DNA of 31,054 bases from Deltaproteobacteria bacterium (GTDB taxonomy: Bacteria; Myxococcota; JACRCW01): positions 124,001 to 155,054 of the forward strand of contig JACRCW010000080.1 of the NCBI GenBank assembly GCA_016218805.1, written 5' to 3'. The notes under the pieces are model-generated. The model worked only from the letters and a program-made list of their open reading frames with translations, was not told the origin of the DNA and ran no database searches. Of the stretch, positions 25,643 through 31,054 are shown one piece after another (positions within the stretch are counted from its first letter, which is position 1; every line of letters starts with the position of its first letter). The position numbers and the translations under genes were made by a program.

Positions 25643-27319
25643 ATGCCGTCGCTTGTGGAGGATCTTGAGCGGGCCGGACTCCGCGGCGGTCTCGTGGAGC
25701 GCGTCAGCTACGCCGCGCTCGCGAGTACCGACCCGCTGGCCATGGTGGCCTCGTTCCGCGACGGGCTCATGGTGCTGGAGTTCCCCGCCAGCGGCGCAAA
25801 GGCCGTGTTGGTGGTGCAGCCGGGTGAGACCGCATTCAGCGTGTTGGGATCCCGGGTCAATCAGCTGCTCGTGCGCGGACTGGAGGTCTGCGTGGTCAGC
25901 GACGATCCGGCCGACGAGAAGCGGCTGAAAAAGGCCATGCCCACGTTCGTGAAGGGCTCGGTGCCAACCTATCGTGTGTCGTCGGATGGGAAGGTCCACC
26001 ACGTGGCCCAGGTTCCCCTGGTCAAGACGCCGTTCCACCGGATGTTGGAAGCGCTTCCGGCTGCGGGCACCACGCCGGATTGGCAGGCGCTGGCGGCCAC
26101 GCGGGCGGCCGCGGAAACGGCGTGGAACGCATCGGTCCAAGAAGCGTCGCGCTTCGCCAGCGACATGGCAGCCCGGCCGGTCCGCGTCACGCGCGTCCTG
26201 GCGGGCCTGATTGGCGCCATGTTCCTCCTTGAGATGTGGCTGGGCACCGGCGCCCCGGTGTGGGCGCTGCGGCGCCTGGGCGCGTTGGACGCGGAACGCC
26301 TGACGGACGGCGAATGGTGGCTGGCGGTGTCTGCGACCTTCCTCCACGGGGGCTGGCTGCACCTGCTGTTCAACGGGATTGTCCTGTGGACGCTGGGGCG
26401 GTCCCTGGAGCGCATCCTGGGCGCGCCGAAGTTCATCATCCTGTACGGCCTGTCCGGTCTCGCCGGTTCTTTGATCAGCGCCTACCGGTTGGAGCCGGGA
26501 GGCCTGAGCGTGGGCGCGTCGGGCGCGCTGTGGGGGTTGCTCGCCGCTGAGGCGCTGCTGGTGTCCCTGGCCAACAGCCCGCTGCCGCCCGTCATGCGCG
26601 CCGCCGCGCGCCAGAGCGTGGTGACCAACCTGGTGCTCAACGTCATGAACTCGTTCCGCGCGCACGTGGACTGGGCGGCGCACCTGGGAGGCGGCGTGGC
26701 GGGCGCGCTGGTCACGCTGCTGTTGCTGCGCATCAAGGGAGAACGCGCGCCGTCCTGGCTGCGGGGCACCGCCTCCGTGTTGGCGGCGTTTTACGTCGTG
26801 GGACTGGGCACGGCGCTGGTGCGCGCGGACCTGCCCGCAATGGCCGCACCGGATGAGCGCATCACCGTCAGCATCCCGGAGCTGCAGGTGGACTCCGTTG
26901 AGCTTCCCGCACTGATCGCATCCACCCGCAAGGACTCGCCACCGGGGAAGGACGGTACGTCTGAAGTGGTGTTTGGTGAGGTGCGGCGTGACCCCGTGGC
27001 GGTGGGCCTGTTGACGTCCGCCCACGGCGACGACGCGGCGATTGAAGCGCAGGCGCAGGCCGTCCTGGAGGCGATCAAGGAGGGGAATGAAGGCAGTTGG
27101 GTCCGTGGACCCGCCGCCCGCGCGGCAGGGACGACGTGGTGGGTGACGGGGCGGATGAAGTTTGATCAGGGGGCGTTGGTGGACACGGTGTTCATTGTTG
27201 AGAAGGGACGGTGGACGCGCGTGGAAGTGATCCTGTGGCCGGATGCAGAGGCCCAGTGGAGCGGCCTGGCTGACACGGTGGCGGGTTCAGTGAAGTGGAA
27301 GGCGGCAACGCAGCCTTGA
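25643..27319 (+). CDS. Rhomboid family intramembrane serine protease with extra N- and C-terminal domains
   Basis: GGAGGTGG then ATG 25643; GEWW..SATFLHGGWLHLLFN, LERILG, SVGASG (catalytic Ser), DWAAHLGG (catalytic His). Confidence 0.93.
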   Translation: MPSLVEDLERAGLRGGLVERVSYAALASTDPLAMVASFRDGLMVLEFPASGAKAVLVVQPGETAFSVLGSRVNQLLVRGLEVCVVSDDPADEKRLKKAMPTFVKGSVPTYRVSSDGKVHHVAQVPLVKTPFHRMLEALPAAGTTPDWQALAATRAAAETAWNASVQEASRFASDMAARPVRVTRVLAGLIGAMFLLEMWLGTGAPVWALRRLGALDAERLTDGEWWLAVSATFLHGGWLHLLFNGIVLWTLGRSLERILGAPKFIILYGLSGLAGSLISAYRLEPGGLSVGASGALWGLLAAEALLVSLANSPLPPVMRAAARQSVVTNLVLNVMNSFRAHVDWAAHLGGGVAGALVTLLLLRIKGERAPSWLRGTASVLAAFYVVGLGTALVRADLPAMAAPDERITVSIPELQVDSVELPALIASTRKDSPPGKDGTSEVVFGEVRRDPVAVGLLTSAHGDDAAIEAQAQAVLEAIKEGNEGSWVRGPAARAAGTTWWVTGRMKFDQGALVDTVFIVEKGRWTRVEVILWPDAEAQWSGLADTVAGSVKWKAATQP

Positions 27320-28151
27320 GAGCGTGCTGCCCCCGCCGCTGGCGGACGGTTGCGGGGCAACCGCCTTCCGCGGGGTCCAGGTCATAACTCGGAACGACAC
27401 CGTGGAGTCCGTTGTCCTTCGGCGCTCATCGGATTTGACCCTTTCGCTCTCCGGAACTGCTCCGCCCGGCGGGGGCTTTCTGTGGACCGGACCTCCAGGT
27501 TCTACGTGCGTTCAGGACCGCGGGAGGCGAAGCCCCGCGACTGCGCGGCCACCGCCCAAGGGAGGCAATCGCTCAATAGTCCATGAAATCCCCGGCCGGT
27601 GACGGTTCAGGGTCTTTCGGAGGGCCCATTCCCGAGCGTGGGTTTCCGGCAGCAGAACGATGAGGAGGTACGCGCCGAGATACACGTCAGCAATGAACCT
27701 GGGCGCCGCGTCCAGGTGAAACGTGCGGTTGGCTGCGCCGCGGCCGAGGAAGCCCGGTGGTTGAGAAGCTGGCATCCGCGTAACAGGTCACCCACATCGT
27801 GCAGCAGCCTTTCCCACCTTCCGCTGCCGTTCAACGGCAGACTGATGCCCAACGCCGCGTCACCAGCGCGCGCGGCCGGTGTCCCTCAATCCGCTCATTG
27901 CCGCCCGCCCAGGACCACCGAAGTCACGTTTCCCCGTGGAGGCACCACAAATGCTTTCCCGTTGATGGCGTGTGCCCGGATTGGCGCGGAACTCGCCCTT
28001 CTTCACAACGCAATGCGGCCCGGCGATGCGCGCAAGCTCAATTGCGTGGGCACCGGGGCTGGGCCAGGCGGTACGGCCCGCATGGCCCGCCGCGTTGCTG
28101 GCACACGGTCCGCTGAGGCATTCAGGTCATGGATGTGGTGGACCCCGCGGC

Positions 28152-28170
28152 CGCGCGCGCGCGCGCGCGC
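28152..28170. repeat. Alternating (CG)9C tract
   Basis: cgcgcgcgcgcgcgcgcgc in intergenic DNA. Confidence 0.85.
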
Positions 28171-28466
28171 CGCATCGATTCACCACGGCAGGCGCCGTGG
28201 GTCCAGGCTCAGGCGGAATAGCGTGGTTTTGACATGGGTGCAGGGTGCGCATCCCAGGAGTCCTGTGTGCGCTCCTTCCCTGCGTTGCGTGGGTGCGAAG
28301 GGTGAAGGCCGGACCGACGGCGCCAACGGGAAGCGTCGGGCCACCAGCGCGGCCGATTCAACGGCGACTGAAAGCCGGCAGGATTCGCTCAGCCTCAGGT
28401 GCCTTTCAGCGCAATTGTCACCCTATTCTATTGACCCCTTTGGGGCTGCAGGCCAAAGTCCGCGGC

Positions 28467-28814
28467 ATGCTCCCAATCTCGAAGTCAATGCGGGTCCTCT
28501 GGTGTGCTTGGCTCCTGGTCACGGCCGCGGGGTGCGCCACTGGCGAACTCCGCTTCAGCCTGCTCGGCGAAACCCGCTCGCTGATCGTGGAGCGTGGTCC
28601 TCGGGTCAAAGGCGAAGCGTGCAGCATTTTCCACAACCCCACACTCGCCGACAGGGCCTACGACAACGCGCTGCGGAAGGCCCCCGGCTTCAACGCGCTG
28701 GAGGACGCGCAGGTGAGCTACCAGGGCGGGCCGTTGAACCTGGGCGGGTTAGGTGCCTGCTACCGCGTCAGCGGCCGCGCGGTGCGCATTGAGGTGGACG
28801 GGGCGGCGCAATGA
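28467..28814 (+). CDS. Small lipoprotein, TRL-like
   Basis: Lipobox AAGC; RVKGEAC...DRAYDNAL..APGFNALEDAQV...CYRVSGRAV. Alternative start 28488. Confidence 0.78.
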   Translation: MLPISKSMRVLWCAWLLVTAAGCATGELRFSLLGETRSLIVERGPRVKGEACSIFHNPTLADRAYDNALRKAPGFNALEDAQVSYQGGPLNLGGLGACYRVSGRAVRIEVDGAAQ

Positions 28815-29224
28815 GACCTATCGCCGTGCCGTTGCTCGCATCGGGCATCCTGCTGGTGAGCGGATGCGCGTCCTTGAATCTGGGGACGTTTCCAGTCGCG
28901 TCACGCGCCAGACTTGGAAAGCCGCCTCGCGGTACGCCCACCGAAGGTTCGGCCTGCGCGTTCGTGATCCTGGGACTCATCCCCGTCCGGGAGGACGCCT
29001 TACGCCGCGCCTATGATGAAGCTTTGCAGGAAGCCGGCCCCGGGCACCGCACGCTCAGGGATGTTGCGGTGACAGTGAAGAAACACGGGTTTTCACTCAA
29101 TGGCGTGGAGCTTTCCTGGCATTGCTATTCGCTGGAGGCCATGGCCGTCCGCGACGATGATCCGGACGGAGCCGGCGATCCCGATGACGTCACGGAGGAG
29201 GAGGCTGCGCCGGAGCCCGCGTGA
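28811..29224 (+). CDS. Small lipoprotein, TRL-like; paralog of the upstream gene, with an acidic tail
   Basis: ATGA overlap; lipobox VSGC; TEGSACAFVILGLIP...RAYDEAL..AGP...LRDVAV...CYSLEAMAV. Confidence 0.8.
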   Translation: MRPIAVPLLASGILLVSGCASLNLGTFPVASRARLGKPPRGTPTEGSACAFVILGLIPVREDALRRAYDEALQEAGPGHRTLRDVAVTVKKHGFSLNGVELSWHCYSLEAMAVRDDDPDGAGDPDDVTEEEAAPEPA

Positions 29225-29243
29225 GCCAGGTGCGGCGCGGTCC

Positions 29244-30278
29244 TCAGTCTCCTTCAAGCGCGGACACGGGTTCGGCGCCCGCAGGTTCCTCTGACAGCAG
29301 GCTGACCAGCAACGCGCGATTGTACGCGTCCGCCAGAGCCTGCCGCTCTTCCATGGGGACGGGCTCCAACCCGGTCCGGCTTGGCCCTGCCATGCTCACG
29401 CCGGCACATACCGCCGTGACCAGCAACAACAGGGTGCCCGCACCGCTGCTGACGCTGAACGTCACAAGCCCCATGCTGGAGACGACCATGCCAACAACCA
29501 GCCCCGTGACTCCCGCGGGGGTCAGGGCCATCGCCAACACCAGGCCGCCAGCGTGCACGACCAACCCAACGGGGCCCATCGCCAGCACTCCGGCCAACAC
29601 GCTGCCCGCGATCCAGGCGGCTACTCGCCAGCGAAACCGTTCGCGGTTCGCGGCTTCCTCGCGGCGGGAGTACTCAAGCGCAAGGTCAGGACGCTCCACA
29701 AGATGATAGAAGCGCGAACCGGGCACCTCTCGCCTGTCGGTTTGAGCAGTGACGCTGTAACCATCCCGATTCACCCACAGGCGCTGTGCGTCGTACTGCC
29801 GCAACGCGGCGCGGGCTGAATTCTCGCGCGCAGCGAGGGCCTCACGGCACGGCGCGCACCCTGGCGCAAACAACTCCTCTACCATTTGCCCAAGCGGTTG
29901 GACCCAACCCGCGCGGCGCGCACCAATGCGCTGCGCCGTGACCATCGGTTCGCCGCCCGCCACCAGTCTGGTGAGTTCCATGCGACGCCCAGCCCCCCTT
30001 CCCACCACGCGTCCCACCACGCCTTCCAAAACGCCAAGCTCCGTGAGCACCGCGCCGCCACACTCGGCCTCCGAGCACACGCCCCGCTCGTCGTCCGGCG
30101 CCAGCGAAACGACGACCAAACCTGGTATGGCCGCCAGCATGTGCCTCACCACCTCCGGGGCGAGCGCGCATGGCTCCTCATCCGACTGGTCACACTGCAT
30201 GGCGAGGACGACCACCTCGCGCTCCACCTGCGCCGGCGCCAATGTCCACACTGCAATGCTGGCAATGACCGGGAACAT
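29244..30278 (-). CDS. Exported membrane-anchored protein with a diverged C-x4-C domain and C-terminal hydrophobic helices
   Basis: Signal MFPVIASIAVWTLAPA; VVVLAM...IPGLVVVS...VCSEAECGGAVLTELGVLEGVVGRV...MELTRL; long hydrophobic region; ends LADAYNRALL. Confidence 0.7.
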   Translation of the reverse strand: MFPVIASIAVWTLAPAQVEREVVVLAMQCDQSDEEPCALAPEVVRHMLAAIPGLVVVSLAPDDERGVCSEAECGGAVLTELGVLEGVVGRVVGRGAGRRMELTRLVAGGEPMVTAQRIGARRAGWVQPLGQMVEELFAPGCAPCREALAARENSARAALRQYDAQRLWVNRDGYSVTAQTDRREVPGSRFYHLVERPDLALEYSRREEAANRERFRWRVAAWIAGSVLAGVLAMGPVGLVVHAGGLVLAMALTPAGVTGLVVGMVVSSMGLVTFSVSSGAGTLLLLVTAVCAGVSMAGPSRTGLEPVPMEERQALADAYNRALLVSLLSEEPAGAEPVSALEGD

Positions 30279-30865
30279 CGCGTCCCGACAAAAGCGCAAA
30301 CCGGCGCCATTGTCACGACGAGCGCCCCGCCTCAACAGGTCCGGGAGCAACGTTGACGTCGGTGCGCCGGAAGCGCACCGGGCTTCTTCTCCTGCTCCAT
30401 CGGCGGGCGCGTTCCGTTCCAACGCACCCATGCAGCGCCACGCCCCCCGCCAGCAGCACAACCCCCGCCGCGACCAGTCCCGTTTCCTAATGCGTGGCGC
30501 CCTGCGCCGCGGCACACCGCAGCACCGATGGCGCGGAAGCGCGGACCGCGATGGTGGCGCGCGGCCTGTTGATGCCCGAAGCGGGACTCCTTCTCGTCGC
30601 ACACCCGTCGAGCTGGTCCTCAGCCCCTGCGCGAACAACGCGCTCCGCCCGCGGAACCGGTCCTCTGCCGCACCGCCTCACGCGCGGGCTCTTCCGGGCG
30701 CACCACCGCCGGCACGGTCCCCGACGAAGACGCCCGTGTGAAACCCGGCGTCGGGGTGCACACCCCGTCGGAACACCCGCACGCCGCGCGGCCTGCCGCG
30801 CCCTGCCCCGGTCACCGCCACGGTCCCTTCCCAACCCCGCCCGTTAGCGGCATGGTCGCCGCACC

Positions 30866-31054
30866 TTGGAATGGTCATTCCTCCACCCGTCCTTGTGGCC
30901 GCTGCTGCTGACCGCGGCGGTGCCGCTGCTGGTCCACCTCATCAGCCGCCGCCGCGCGCGCGAAGTGCGCTTTGGCCCCATGGAGTTCGTGCTGCGCTCG
31001 CAGCGGCGCAGCGCGCGCCGCATCCAGCTGCGGCAGTGGCTGCTGATGGCCGCC
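30866..31054 (+). CDS. BatA / N-terminal double-transmembrane domain protein (5' part only)
   Basis: Manual translation from TTG 30866: MEWSFLHPSLWPLLLTAAVPLLVHLISRRRAREVRFGPMEFVLRSQRRSARRIQLRQWLLMAA, matching the F..P...P...HL..RR...V.F....L pattern. Confidence 0.88.
   Translation, partial: MEWSFLHPSLWPLLLTAAVPLLVHLISRRRAREVRFGPMEFVLRSQRRSARRIQLRQWLLMAA

Noticed and set aside
27981..28113. Sigma54-like TTGGCGCGGAACTCGC (27981) and TGGCACACGGTCCGC (28099)
   Set aside because: Spacing is right but the -12 elements are poor, they are far from the next gene, and such matches are common at this GC content.
27324..28460. ORFs 27324-27602, 27512-27775 and 27599-28792, and possible riboswitch hairpins in the long intergenic region
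   Set aside because: No recognisable protein motifs, SD or riboswitch consensus; cannot be supported without a search.
30279..30638. N-terminal extension of ORF 29244-30638
   Set aside because: Arg-rich, non-protein-like sequence; a signal peptide begins at ATG 30278.

Overview
High-GC bacterial DNA whose gene repertoire suggests Myxococcota or a related deltaproteobacterial lineage (inference). The left ~6 kb is housekeeping-like: a partial hypothetical gene, an inositol monophosphatase, a DUF6572-like protein, two small membrane proteins, NAD-dependent ligA and lgt. From ~6.1 to ~25.4 kb is an accessory block rich in exported proteins. It holds an ankyrin plus hypothetical pair, an NHL lipoprotein coupled to a secreted beta-propeller protein, and a 1724-aa lipoprotein with 10 Ig-like and 14 RCC1 repeats. 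It also holds two divergent copies of a two-gene module (a C-x4-C, TolB-N/CsgG-like membrane-anchored protein followed by a Cys-rich/Ser-rich lipoprotein with a different C-terminal domain in each copy) and two DUF1566 genes. Between the two modules lies decayed DNA: a deletion-fused vapBC remnant, an intact alpha/beta hydrolase and an internally deleted IS200-type element. The right end has a multi-domain rhomboid protease, two tandem TRL-like lipoproteins, a third C-x4-C protein and the start of a BatA-domain gene. I saw no rRNA, tRNA, CRISPR array, reverse transcriptase or intact transposase. The best candidate for an undescribed system is the repeated anchor-protein plus modular-lipoprotein pair. 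All family calls are from motif recognition by eye, not database searches.
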